From: an uncultured Acidobacteriota bacterium | GTDB lineage: Bacteria > Acidobacteriota > Polarisedimenticolia > J045 | DNA: 64,000 bases | Direction of reading: 5' to 3' | Assembly (NCBI GenBank): GCA_963702425.1 | Contig: CAVPCQ010000017.1 | Coordinates: 1-64,000 of the forward strand | Shown: one piece after another, positions 33,650-44,400 of the stretch | Layout: each line of letters opens with the position of its first letter | Numbering within the stretch: the stretch's first letter is position 1 | Notes under the pieces: model-generated | Told to the model about the DNA's origin: nothing | Seen by the model: the letters and a program-made list of their open reading frames with translations, nothing else | Databases searched by the model: none | Program-made: the position numbers and the translations under genes

Positions 33650-35940
33650 ATGCCGGAACTGAACCCGTACAAGAGGCGCGTGCACACCGCCCTGCTCGCC
33701 CTCGCGGTCGTCGCCGTGGGCTGGGCCGCGCCTGCGTTGGCCCACGTCGTACCGATGACCGCGGACGAGATGGTCCGCGCCGCACGCTTCGTCGTCGTCG
33801 CCACGGTGACCGACAAGCACGCGGAGTGGAACGACCGTCACAACCTGATACTGACCCGCTACACCCTGTCCGTAGAAGACGGCCTGCGCGGCAGGCCGCC
33901 CGCCGCGCTGACGGTCGTGGTGGCCGGCGGCACGCTCGACGGCGAAACGCACGAGTCGTGCATGACCGTCGACCTTGCGGTCGGCAGGCGCTACGTCCTC
34001 TTCGTCAACGACCCGTCCGTGCCGACGTTCAGCTCGTTCACGGGCGCCCAGGCCGGAGTGCTCGCCGAGGTCCGCACGACCGACGGGAGGGAGCCGTCGA
34101 TCGCGTCCGCCGGCGGAACGTTCGTCGCGCTGACCGGCGGCGAGCGCGTGCCGTTCCGCGAGTTCGTCGACCGGCTGCGCGCGTTCATCGACCTGGCGGA
34201 CCGCACCCTCGGCCCGCCGGCCCGCTCCCCGTCGTGCACGACCCGCCGCTGCCGGCCAAGACCTATGACCCGGCTGGCGCGAGCTTCCCCGAAGGCCGGC
34301 TGTTCGTTCCGCAGACCCCCCCGGCGGTGACCGGGCCAGGCGAGCCGGAACACCCGGTGATGTGGCATCTCGACGCGTCGTCCGCGAGCCTCGTCCCGCC
34401 GAAGCCGGACCAGGGGACCGACTACAGCTACTCCCGCGCACCCGGACGCTACATCGTCTGGAACGAACTGGCCCCGAACTTCGCGCCGTGGTCGCCGCAC
34501 GACCAGTACATGATGTCGCGCTGGAACGCCTACGGGGACATCCACCGCATCTCGGGGAACCCGACCGGGAACTGGGCGTGGCGCAACAACCGCTTCAACA
34601 TGACCGGATGGCCGTCGAGCCAGGAGATGATGAACGCGTTCGGCCAGGGCTGGGGCGCTGACGAGCTGGCCGTCTGCTGGGCGCGCTGGTTCGGCAGCGG
34701 GCCGATCGTCGAAGCCGACATCTCGATGAACCCGGCCTTCGGCTGGACGCTCGAAAACGAGTGGGGGACCCGCGGCGCCAACGGCGATTGGAGCTACGAA
34801 CAGACCGTGCTGCACGAGCTCGGCCATTCGTGGGGCCTCGGCCATCCCTGGGAGTCCCAGAACGTCTGGTGGGATTCGGTGATGAACTATGCCCCCAAGG
34901 AGTACCGCTCCCCGGTCCTTTTCGCCGACGACACGAACGCGATCCGCGCGGCCTACCCGGGGATCGGTGTCCACGACGGCCTGATCTCGATGTACCAGAC
35001 CGTGGACACCGCCAACGACAGCAACGCGACCTACCTCGACTCGTACCCGTGGGAGTCCAGTGTCCAGCAGGGCGACAGCATCCACTTCAACCGGAGCTTC
35101 AAGGTCGAGAACGCCGGCACCGACAACATCGTCGATCCGCGCGTCGACGTCTACCTGACGCCGCAGAGGATGAACTGGTCGGGGAACGTCTACCTGCAGA
35201 GCCTCTACTACTCGCTGACGATGGCGGTCAACTCGACCTGGAGGCTCGATCCCGGCCAGGTCTTCGTCCCGTACGGCACGCCGCCGGGCGACTACTGGGT
35301 GGCGCTCTGGCTGAACGATCCCACCGACGCGTACGCCTACAACAACGGCGCCTGGGGCATCCGTAGCCTGAGCGAGCTGACCGTGACCTCGTACCCCTGG
35401 ACGATCTACCCGATCTTCTACTGGCAGTACCAGGGCGTGACCCTCGGCCCGAACGGGCAGTACGACTTCTACTTCTACGGCTCCCAGGGGCAGCGCTACG
35501 ATCTGAGCACCTGCCCCGGCGACGGCGCCGGCGCGGGGTTCGACACGGTGCACCGCGTCTACGACCCGAACGGCGCGCTGGTCGGGTACAGCGACGACGC
35601 GTGCGGCTATCAGTCGCGCACCTCCTTCGAGGCGCGGACCGAAGGGCAGTACCACGTCACGCTGCGCGGGTTCGGCGCGAGCGACTACGGCTGGGTGACG
35701 ATGGGCTACCGCGCGCGGACGTTCCTGTCGAGTGCGGCGGCCTTCGAGGTCCCGCTCAGGAACCTCGAGGCCGACTCGGTCGCGCTGTCCTGGTTCGGGG
35801 ACAACGGCCCGTACGACCTCGAGCGCGCGACCTCGCCCGACTTCTCCGACGCCGTGCGACTGCTCGACGGTACGCTCGATACGTCCTACAGCGACCCCGT
35901 GCTCTCGGACGGTGTGACGTACTTCTACCGCGTGCGCTGA
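33650..35940 (+). CDS. Secreted metzincin (M10/matrixin-like) metallopeptidase, frameshift near 34230
   Basis: RBS GGAGG, signal peptide, prodomain; HELGHSWGLGH and SVMNY Met-turn; PPC-like and C-terminal beta domains. Confidence 0.82.
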
Positions 35941-35956
35941 GGCTCGAAGAAACGGC

Positions 35957-35985
35957 CAGGGGGTGGCCGTTCGCGGCTGCCCCTG
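35957..35985 (+). terminator. Hairpin downstream of peptidase gene
   Basis: CAGGGGGTGGCCG-TTCG-CGGCTGCCCCTG; no U-tract, next bases resemble an rve end. Confidence 0.4.
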
Positions 35986-36061
35986 TCCCTCGCCGGCCGC
36001 TACCTCTCCTGGGCCGAGTTACTGCGTCGAGTGTTCGCTCTGGACGCCCTCCGCTGCCCGC

Positions 36062-36568
36062 AGTGCATCACAGACTACGTACCGCGATCTTGAACTTCCC
36101 GATCGTGTCGTTGTCACCCATCGGCCGCATCCGCTGCGAGGGCAGTCGCTGCAAGTGACCCGCCTGCGCCGGTTGGGCAGCGGGGCCTGTTGGTGCGTTC
36201 GTCTGCCCGACGGCTCCACCGGTGTCGTGCCGTGCCGCTGGACCGACCATCCGCTCACGGACGTCCCGCCGGCGTCGTCGGAGGCGCACGGCCGCGCGAC
36301 CCCGCGGGCGCTGCGCGATCTCACGCGACTGCTCGAACGGCTTGTCCTCCCGGACCCGGACCTCGATGCTCCCGCTGGCGATTCGGCAGAAGGAGGTCGG
36401 CATGGGCGAGCAAGGCCGTCTGTTCGAGCGGCACCCGCTCCCGTGGGTGGTGCGACTGTGGAGCACGATCGAGCCCGACGCGCGACGGGAGGTGGTCACG
36501 CTGCTGGCGGAGATGGCTCGCCGGTCGCTGCTCGCACGCGGGTCGGACGGCCCGGAGGAGTCGGATGA
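36062..36568 (+). CDS. DUF5372-like protein, start-less in the integrated state
   Basis: VVVTHRPHPLRGQ..RLPDGSTGVVPCRWTD parallels RITHPFHPLLG..EDGSAQTVPRGWTS at 48278. Confidence 0.6.
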   Translation, partial: SASQTTYRDLELPDRVVVTHRPHPLRGQSLQVTRLRRLGSGACWCVRLPDGSTGVVPCRWTDHPLTDVPPASSEAHGRATPRALRDLTRLLERLVLPDPDLDAPAGDSAEGGRHGRARPSVRAAPAPVGGATVEHDRARRATGGGHAAGGDGSPVAARTRVGRPGGVG

Positions 36569-36578
36569 TGAATCTTGA
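36402..36578 (+). CDS. Small helical protein upstream of recombinase
   Basis: RBS AGGAGG + ATG; conserved in copy at 61912-62088; overlaps recombinase start. Confidence 0.6.
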   Translation: MGEQGRLFERHPLPWVVRLWSTIEPDARREVVTLLAEMARRSLLARGSDGPEESDDES

Positions 36579-37974
36579 CGAGATCACCCCGGCCCAGCGC
36601 GCGCGGTGGGCCTGCGTCTACGTGCGGCAGTCGTCGCTCCACCAGGTCCGCCAGCACCCGGAGAGCCAGCGTCGCCAGCGCGAGCTCGTCGAGCGCGCCG
36701 TCGCGCTGGGCTGGCCGCCCGAGCGGATCACCGTCTTCGACCAGGCCTGGGCGAGACCGCGGCCCGCAGCGGCGAGCGCGCCGGCTTCGACGAGATGGTC
36801 GCCCAGACGGCGTTGGGACAGGTCGGCCTGATTCTCGGCCTCGACGTCTCGCGCATTTCGCGGAGCAACCGGAATTGGTACCATCTGCTCGACATCTGCG
36901 CGATCCGTCAGACGCTGATCGGCGATGCCGAAGGGATCTACGACCCGCGGGCCTACAACGATCGGCTGTTGCTGGGCCTGAAAGGGACGATGAGTGAAGC
37001 CGAGCTGCACATGATGAAGCAGCGCCTGGTCGAAGCGATGCGCAGCAAGGCGCAGCGGGGCGCGTTCCGCTTCCGGCCGGGTCCGGGTTACGTCTGGGAC
37101 GACGCCGGCCGCTTGGTGAAGGACCCGGACGCGCAGGTGCGGGCGACGATCGAGCGGATCTTCGCCTGCTTCGAGCAGCTCGGTACCGTGCGGGCCGCCC
37201 ACCGCGCGCTGCTCGCCGACGGGATCGAGGTGCCCGTCCTGAGCGGTCCCGGCCACCGCACGCGCTTCCAGCCGCCGGACGAAGGCTACCTGTATCGCCT
37301 GCTGCGGAATCCGCTCTACGCCGGGGCCTACGTCTACGGCCGGAGCCAGGTCGTCGAAGCGCTCGATGCGGCGCAGCGACCGATCAAGCGCCTGCGCCGC
37401 CGGGCCCCGGAGCAGTGGCCGGTGCTGATCCAGGATCATCACGAGAGCTACCTCGCGTGGGAGCAGTTCGAGCGCAACCAGCGCCAGATCGCGTCCAACC
37501 GCAAGGGACCGGGACCCGGCCCGCCGCGCGAAGGCCGGTCGCTGCTGCAGGGGCTCTTGCTCTGCGGTCGTTGCGGCCGGCGGATGCAGGTGAGCTATGG
37601 CCGTCGCGGCCGGCACGTGCGGTACACCTGCGGGGGTCGGCGCCGGCAGTTGCAGGGCGGTTCGGCAAGCTGCCCGGACGTCGGGGCGCTGCGGATCGAA
37701 CAGGCGGTCGAGAAGCTGGTCCTGAGCGCGCTGGAACCGCTGGGCGTGGAGGCGCTGCTCGAGGCCTCGGCGCGGCACGCCGAGGCGAGTGTCCAGGAGC
37801 GGGTGCGCTGGGAGCAGCAGATCGAGCGCGCGCGCTACGAAGTCGACCTGGCGCGTCGGCAGTACGAGGCCGTCGTAACCGTTCCGGCAACCGCAGGTTC
37901 CGCCCGGCAAGAATTCGAGCGAGCATGCGCATGCCATGAAACGGGACGTTGGCTGGCGGTTGGATCGGGGACGA

Positions 37975-39588
37975 TCAGTCGGTGGATTCAGGCCGACTCT
38001 GGCGCGCCGCGGCCCAATGCGGCGGGAGGAGTTCCTCGATCTGGCGCTGGGGCCAGCCTTCGGCGAGCTTCTCGAGGACGTCGCGCAGGTACGCCGCGGG
38101 ATCGACGCCATGCAGCCGGCAGGTGCCGAGGACGGTGTAGATCACGGCGGCGCGCTCGGCACCGACGTCGGAGCCGGCGAAAAGCCAGTTGACGCGGCCG
38201 ATGGCGATGCTGCGCAGTTCTCGCTCCACCGGGTTGTTGTCCAGTTCGAGCCGCCCGTCTTGCAGGAACCGACAGAGCGCATCCCACTGGTTGGCGGTGT
38301 ACGTGAGCGCCTGGCCCAGTGGACTCTTCGGCGGCGCCTCGCCGCGCATCCGGTCGACCCAGACCTTGAACTTGGCGAGGATGTCGCGCGAGTACTCGTC
38401 GCGCAGCGCCCTGCGCTGCTCGGGCGTGCAGCTGCGGCCGTCGGCCAACCACTCCACTTCGTACAGCCGGCGGACGAAGGCGATGCCCACGGCGGCGCGC
38501 AGATCGACCGCCAGCGCTTTGTGGTAGTACCGCCGCGCGTGGGCGAAGCAGCCGACCTCGACGAGCCGGGCCGCGGGGCCGCGGAACAGCCGGTCGAAGC
38601 CGGCGTAGGCGTCGGCCTGGAGCCAGCCCTTCCGCCCGGCCAGGACGGCCTGCGGTCCCGCGCCCGACCAGTCCGGGGTGTAGTCGTAGGTCACCCAGCG
38701 CCGGTCGCCGAGATAGGCCCACATGTGGCCCCGCTTCGATCCACCCGCCTTGTCGGCGTCGAGCACCCGCAACGGCGTGTCGTCCACCTTCAGGTCGTGA
38801 GCGGCGAGGGTGTGCCCCCGGATCAGGCGGGCCAACGGCTCGAGCTCGGTCGCGACCGCAGCGACCCAGCCGGCGAGGGTCGAGACCGCCAGATCGACGC
38901 CGTGGCGGGCGTAGATGCGGCGCATCCGGTGCAACGGCGCGTGGTCGAAGTACTTCCGGACGATCACGTCGGCCAGCAGGCCGGGGCCGGGGATCCCACC
39001 GTCGATCGGCTTGGGCGCGGGTGGGGCAATGCTGATCTCGCCCTCGCATTCCGCGCAAGCATCCTTGGCCCGCCGGATCTCGATCACCTTGAAGTGACCC
39101 GGCACCCACTCCAGCATCTCGCTTGTTTCAAAGCCGATGCGCTGTTGCTTTTCCTTCCCACAGACGGGACAGATGCGATCCGCTGCTGCGGGCTCCAGCA
39201 CGACGACCTCGCGCGGCAGATGCCTGGGCAGCGGCTTGCGGATCGCGCGCCGCTTGGGCGGCGCGGCGGGCGCGGGCTCGGGCATGCTGACGGGTTCCGC
39301 CAACTCGTCCGGCGTCGCCTGGGCGGAGGCGAGCACTTGCTCGAGGAACAAACCGAGTTGCGCACTCGGGATCTTCTCCGAGCGGCGGCCGAACTTGTCG
39401 GCCAACAGGCGGGCCAAGCGCACGCCGAGCCGATCGTTCTCCTGCTTGAGCGTGGACAGCAGCGTGACCACGAGTTCGACCGCGTCGGCGTGCCGACCTG
39501 CGGCGAGCAAGGACTCGATCTCGCCGCGGAACGCGTCGATGCTGGCTTGGGTCGCGGGCAGCGTCGCCATGACGCAGGAATCAGACAC
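37975..39588 (-). CDS. tnpC: IS66 transposase TnpC
   Basis: FGRRSEK, CPVCG, VDDTP, QADAYAGF, CFAHARR, DNNPVER, LLPPHW. Confidence 0.95.
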   Translation of the reverse strand: MSDSCVMATLPATQASIDAFRGEIESLLAAGRHADAVELVVTLLSTLKQENDRLGVRLARLLADKFGRRSEKIPSAQLGLFLEQVLASAQATPDELAEPVSMPEPAPAAPPKRRAIRKPLPRHLPREVVVLEPAAADRICPVCGKEKQQRIGFETSEMLEWVPGHFKVIEIRRAKDACAECEGEISIAPPAPKPIDGGIPGPGLLADVIVRKYFDHAPLHRMRRIYARHGVDLAVSTLAGWVAAVATELEPLARLIRGHTLAAHDLKVDDTPLRVLDADKAGGSKRGHMWAYLGDRRWVTYDYTPDWSGAGPQAVLAGRKGWLQADAYAGFDRLFRGPAARLVEVGCFAHARRYYHKALAVDLRAAVGIAFVRRLYEVEWLADGRSCTPEQRRALRDEYSRDILAKFKVWVDRMRGEAPPKSPLGQALTYTANQWDALCRFLQDGRLELDNNPVERELRSIAIGRVNWLFAGSDVGAERAAVIYTVLGTCRLHGVDPAAYLRDVLEKLAEGWPQRQIEELLPPHWAAARQSRPESTD

Positions 39589-39618
39589 CCATCCACGCGC
39601 CGTGTCAAGAGACTAAAT

Positions 39619-40002
39619 CTAATATTGCAGTCCTGCTCGCGCACCACCCGCGCGCGGCTCCCAGCGCGGGCGGCGCCGAGCGCCCGCCAGCTCGATCCCC
39701 TCCAGCATCAGCAGCAGTTCACCCGCTTCGACCTCGAGCACCACCGCCCCCGGCGGCACCTGTCGCGGCAGGTGGAACACGCCGCGCTCGAGCCGCTTGT
39801 AGACGATCACGAACCCGCCGCGGTCCCACCAGAGGCACTTGCAGGCGTCCCCGCGACGATTCCGGAACACGAAGAGATGCCCCGAGAGCGGGTCGTCGCG
39901 CAGGGTCTCACGCACCGCCGCCGACAGGCCGTCGAACGAACGCCGAATGTCCACCGGATCGACGGCCAGGTGGATCCGCACCGCCGGCGGCAGCGTCAGC
40001 AC
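39619..40002 (-). CDS. tnpB: IS66 accessory TnpB
   Basis: PVDIRRSFDGL..LFVFRNRR..KCLWWDRGG..YKRLERG. Confidence 0.92.
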   Translation of the reverse strand: MLTLPPAVRIHLAVDPVDIRRSFDGLSAAVRETLRDDPLSGHLFVFRNRRGDACKCLWWDRGGFVIVYKRLERGVFHLPRQVPPGAVVLEVEAGELLLMLEGIELAGARRRPRWEPRAGGARAGLQY

Positions 40003-40373
40003 GGGCCCTGCAGCTCGCGCACGAGCGCCGCCAGCTCGGCGACTCCGAAGCGCCCGGCCAAGCGCGCGACGCCAGCGGCCGTCACCACCTCGAGCGCGCT
40101 CCCCGCACCGTTCGGCGGCGTGGCGATCAGCTCCACCAAGCGCACGGGCATCGCGCGGGAACCCTCCGCGAGCCGCCTCCGCCAGCGGTACAGCCGCTCC
40201 GCGGAGTAGCCTTCGCGACCTGCGAAGGCCCACACCGACAGCCTCGAGCCGCGCTGCCGCTCCAGAACCGCCCGCGCCTGCTCCGGCGTCCAGCGCTTCG
40301 AATCCTTGCTGCTTGCCGCACGCGAACGTGACCGGCCTCGCGACATCGCCATGCCTCCCGATGCGGGAGTCAA
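39996..40373 (-). CDS. tnpA: IS66 accessory TnpA
   Basis: SRLSVWAFAGREG..LYRWRRRL HTH; position next to tnpB. Confidence 0.82.
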   Translation of the reverse strand: MTPASGGMAMSRGRSRSRAASSKDSKRWTPEQARAVLERQRGSRLSVWAFAGREGYSAERLYRWRRRLAEGSRAMPVRLVELIATPPNGAGSALEVVTAAGVARLAGRFGVAELAALVRELQGPC

Positions 40374-41745
40374 GCATCGCGCGCGGCGCGGGGGGCGCGG
40401 AAGATGCGGTTGCCGGAACGCTTACAGGCCGTCGATCCGGCCCACCGCCTGGTCGCCGGGGAGCTGGAGCGGCGCTGGGAAGTCGCCCTGAAGGCGCTGG
40501 AGGACGTGCGGCGCCGGGCGGAGGCCCAGCTCCGCACGCTCGAGCCGGCGCTCGGCGAGGACGACCAGCGACGGCTGCGGCAGACCCTCGCAGCGCTGCC
40601 GCGCCTGTGGCAGGCGGCGACGACGCGGGTCCAGGACAAGAAGCGGGTCCTGCGCTGCCTGATCGAGAATGTCGTCGTCGCGATTCCGGACGACGGCCCG
40701 GAGGTGCGGGTCGAGGTGCACTGGGTGGGCGGCGAGATGACACCGCTGGCCGTGCGGCGCGGCCGCCCGGGCGAGACACGTTTCATCGCCGACGAGGCGC
40801 TGGTGGCGCTGGTGCGGGACCTTGCCGTGGAGTTCACCGATGACCAGATCGCGCGGATCCTCGGGCGCAAGGGGCTCAAGACCCCGACCGGGCTGCCCTT
40901 CACGCGGCTGCGCGTGACCTCGATGCGTGGCAACCACGACCTCCCCGGGCTCGGACGCCAGCCGTTGGACGGCGCGGATGTGTACGACGCCGATCAGGCC
41001 GCCGAGAAGCTCGGCGTCGCGACCAGCACGGTGATCCGCTGGGTGGAGCTGGGCCTGCTGAAGGGCAGGCAACGCACGCCCGGTGCCCCGTGGCGCATCC
41101 GCGTGACGGCGGACGACCAGCGCCGGCTCACCGAGGTCGACGCGCCCGCGGGCTGGCTCCCGCTCAAGGCTGCCGCCCTCGCCCTGGGTGTCAGCCAGCA
41201 GACGGTCTTGCACCAACTCAAGGGCGGGCAACTCGAAGGCGTCCGGGTCCGGGTCCGAGCCCGATCGGCCTGGCGAATCCACGTCCCGTCAACGCGTTAC
41301 CCATCACGGACGACGCTCTTCGACTGAGCGGTATTCGAGGTGACTGAGTATGTGCGACACACCCCGCGCTGCTCGTCCCGCATGAAGATCCTGGCCCAGA
41401 TCCACCCGCCCGACACGACCCGCGCGATTCTCGACTGCCTCGGGCTGGCCTCTCGCGCCCCGCCCCGCGCGCCGGCCCGCGCCGAGCCCGACCCGCTCCC
41501 CTTTCCCGGGAACGCCGCCGCGGACTGAGCTCATCGACGAACGCCCGGGCCCTCGCGGGTCGTGCCAACCCGGAGGGCGGGACTCCGCCTCCGCGGCCGA
41601 CCTCCGCGCGTCCCTTTCGGCCCGCTCGCCGCGACGCGCCGCGTCCGACCAGGGCCGGCCCCCGCGGCTGGCCGCTCCCCCTTCCCCGGCAGGCCTGCGG
41701 CTACGCTCTCCGCCTCAGAATCCGCGGCTTGAATCGCCTATCCTC

Positions 41746-42617
41746 AGCACGGCCTGCTGCACCCACCGATCCACGACATTCGGGATACCGAGTCCCCGTT
41801 CGCCCCCGCCCGGCTTCGGAATCCAGACGCGGCGGATGTCTCCCGGGCGGTAACTCCCGTCCAGCAGTCTGCGTCGCAACGACCACAACAGACGAGGCGA
41901 AGCTGCGACCACCTCGTCCACGCTGCGACCGTCCACTCCGGGTGCCCCTTTGTTCCTTGCAACGTTCCTCAGGGCCACCGCCAGGTTTCGCGGCTCGGCA
42001 ATCCGGTCGAGCAGCCGATCCGGGGTGACCCTACTGGTGCCGCAGTCGTTTGTCGCGCTGTTCTTCGCTATGTGCAGCAGAAAGTCCCTCTCCCCGGATG
42101 CGTCCGTGGAGCGTGGCTTCCCGCCCCCTTGCGGGCTGGCGGCGAACGCGAAGACCAATTGACAGGACTCCGGCTTTCTCAACCCATCTCCCCCTTCGCT
42201 CGACCGACTTTCATCGGCTTCATCGCTACTACGAGGAGATCTGACTTCTCCACCGGCGTCGAGCGCTCGTCCTTCTCTCCTCGCGCTCTACCGCTGCCTG
42301 CGGACCCGTGGAGATCTCCCTGGGTAAGAACGAGCAATGTCCCGCCGCCGCCGCCCTCAATACCGTCCTGCCTCGACTGGATATCGGGCGTCGCGTTGAC
42401 GGGCACGCTCACCCGGATCAGGCCGGCCTTACGAGGGTTCACTTGCGTTCGGTGCTGCGGTTTGTCTAAGGCTTCTACCCCACACGCCCTCGCGGGTTCG
42501 GCCCGGTCAGCAGCCTTGAATGGCCGAGCCTCGTGCAGTTGCCTTCGACTCACGGTTGCCTCCAGTAGGCCCCGCAGGGGACTTCCACCCCCAATCACTC
42601 ATCCATGCCAGGCACAC
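41746..42617 (-). mobile_element. 5' part of group II intron (RNA 5' domains and RT N-terminus), truncated by IS91-like end
   Basis: 5' end GTGTGCCTGGCATGG at 42617; ORF from 42182 with NKGAPGVDG, RRVWIPKPGG.R.LGIP..DRWVQQA. Confidence 0.85.
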
Positions 42618-42751
42618 CCGGTCGCCCTCCGGGCTCCCTCCGCGCCCACCGACGGACCCTTCTTCCGATCACGTTGCCGTCTCGTCATGGTCGTCCCCTT
42701 GGACATCAGTCTCTCCTCTAAACTGTGTCCAAGAAAACCGGGTCCGCCTCA
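42618..42751 (-). mobile_element. IS3-family left-end remnant hosting the intron
   Basis: TGAGGCGGACCCGGTTTTCTTGGACACAGTT end, RBS, ORF start ...EGARRAT. Confidence 0.55.
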
Positions 42752-42779
42752 GCGGGCCGTAGCGGAATAATGACAGGTG

Positions 42780-44180
42780 TCATGAATTGTGTCTGCGGAA
42801 TGCCGAGTCGATTAGTTGGTGAAGCCACCCACGACGTGGCAACTTAGGCAGGTGCGTGTCCTCGCCTGCCCTCTGTGAATACAGGTTCAGAAGACCGGCC
42901 AAGTCTCCTTTCGCCGACGGGTCATCCTCTCGCGTCAAGAGATCTCGGACTACCACTTCAACGGCCTGTGTCGATCGGCCCTCCAGCACCGATTCCTGCG
43001 CAATGTGCGTCGGGACCGTGGGCAAGTCCCAATGATTGTCCAACATCTGCGCGAGAGCGACCGCCAATCCCCGCGCGAGTTTGTAATCGCCGGCCTCGTG
43101 TGCGCACAACATCGTCAGGCCGGCCCACGATAGCCACGGAAGACCCGTGAGAACACCCGACAGACGAGTGAGGTCCTCGAGGCACTCTGCGCCCTGTCCG
43201 AGGTGGTACATGCAGACTGCGCGATTAACACGAGCGAAGATGTTGTTCTCCGACTTAGCCATCGCCGCCTCGCAATGAGGAAGCGCTGTGGCAAAATCGT
43301 AAGATTTCTGCAGGTCGAGGGCCCGCCCGAGGAGATTATCGTAATCGCGGCGCCGTTCACGACATGACTCAATCTCCGGGCGCCATTCGCTGGCCAGGGT
43401 GCCTTCGACCAGCCACTCCTCCACGCTAGCAAAGAGCTCAGTGGCCTTCTCAGGAAAATCGAATCGGGTTGCGATCCTCATCGCAGCGAGCCACGATTCA
43501 AGATCCCACGGGCAGCGGGCCAACGCCTTTTCCAGCACGGTGAGCGCTTCCTCGAACCTGCCAATGCGGCACAAGACGCCGGCCGATGTCCGATACGACC
43601 ACGGATCGTTTGGTTCGATGTCCCGGGCCTCTTCAAGCAGGGTGAGCGCCTCGCGTTCGCGGTGAAGGCTAGCAAGACAACCCGCTTTGTTCTGCAGGGC
43701 GTGGGAGTGTCTTGGATTGTGTTCAAGAATTTGATCGTAGACTCGGATTGCGCGACCGAGATCGAGTGCCTCTACCGCCGCGTGCGCGGTTTTCACAAGG
43801 GGTTCGCAGAACGCCTCATGATTCGGCCGTTCTGTCCCCACGTGCTCCTGAAAGATCACGATAGCTCCACCGGTCTCGTAAAATTCGGTGTGCAGCATCC
43901 TAACATTGGCTTGCGCTAACTCGACTTGGTGTTTCTTAGTAAAGGAGAGGATTGGGATATCACGCTGCTTCTTCTCCGCCTGTGGCGTGCCAGGCCGATA
44001 CTTGAAGATTTTCCCTACGAACCAGATGAGGCCACTTCGCTCGTTTCTAAGCGGGTAGACGAACGCTTCGGCCCCCTCGGCCATCAAGGACTCGAAAACA
44101 TAGGGACAGCCATTGATGGAAACGCGTTTGCCTGGAACGTCAGCGATGGAATGCGTCGTTAGGTCCAGCGAATTGTTCAT
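42780..44180 (-). CDS. TPR protein with kinase N-lobe-like N-terminus (probable gene cassette)
   Basis: LMAEGAEAFVY..VGKIF then multiple TPRs; follows core site GTTGGGC. Confidence 0.7.
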   Translation of the reverse strand: MNNSLDLTTHSIADVPGKRVSINGCPYVFESLMAEGAEAFVYPLRNERSGLIWFVGKIFKYRPGTPQAEKKQRDIPILSFTKKHQVELAQANVRMLHTEFYETGGAIVIFQEHVGTERPNHEAFCEPLVKTAHAAVEALDLGRAIRVYDQILEHNPRHSHALQNKAGCLASLHREREALTLLEEARDIEPNDPWSYRTSAGVLCRIGRFEEALTVLEKALARCPWDLESWLAAMRIATRFDFPEKATELFASVEEWLVEGTLASEWRPEIESCRERRRDYDNLLGRALDLQKSYDFATALPHCEAAMAKSENNIFARVNRAVCMYHLGQGAECLEDLTRLSGVLTGLPWLSWAGLTMLCAHEAGDYKLARGLAVALAQMLDNHWDLPTVPTHIAQESVLEGRSTQAVEVVVRDLLTREDDPSAKGDLAGLLNLYSQRAGEDTHLPKLPRRGWLHQLIDSAFRRHNS

Positions 44181-44400
44181 GGCTCGTCCGAGATCCTCTC
44201 ATTCGCGTATGCGACGTAGAGGGGGGTGCCAAGCATGACCCTCTTTGGCCCAAGTACGAATTGGTCGCTGATCTCCCCGTGCAGAAGTGTCTTGGCCAGA
44301 AACTCAAGCCGAACTTTGGGTCCGTCCATGCTCTTGACCGCCCGTGCAACGGCACTGAGTGACTGCGATGTGCTGTTGGATCACGCCTCACGTTCGCCCA

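Larger units (their letters stand above)
37875..40425 (-). mobile_element. Complete IS66-family element
   Basis: TIR GTAACCGTTCCGGCAACCGCA / TGCGGTTGCCGGAACGCTTAC; 8-bp duplication AGGCCGTC (37867-37874, 40426-40433). Confidence 0.96.
36565..41326 (+). pseudogene. Large serine recombinase, 1-bp deletion near 36746 and IS66 insertion
   Basis: YVRQSS, SRISR, LRNPLYAG, CGRCG zinc ribbon, coiled coil, two C-terminal HTHs; uninterrupted copy at 62075ff. Confidence 0.9.
36057..41367 (+). mobile_element. Large-serine-recombinase integrative element A (about 2.75 kb without IS66)
   Basis: Shared core CCCGC at 36057-36061 and 41363-41367; reconstructed attP is an imperfect inverted repeat; second copy at 61567ff. 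Confidence 0.88.
35995..41745 (+). mobile_element. IS91-like 3' remnant interrupted by serine-recombinase element A
   Basis: 35995-36061 and 41363-41745 rejoin to give the sequence seen intact at 2317-2761. Confidence 0.85.

Noticed and set aside
36740-36750. Programmed frameshift in recombinase A
   Set aside because: No slippery motif, and the second copy (about 62256) has the missing base
36606-38192. 528-aa recombinase ORF as given in the track
   Set aside because: Start is out of frame and the tail is IS66 sequence; the real gene is 36565-41326, interrupted
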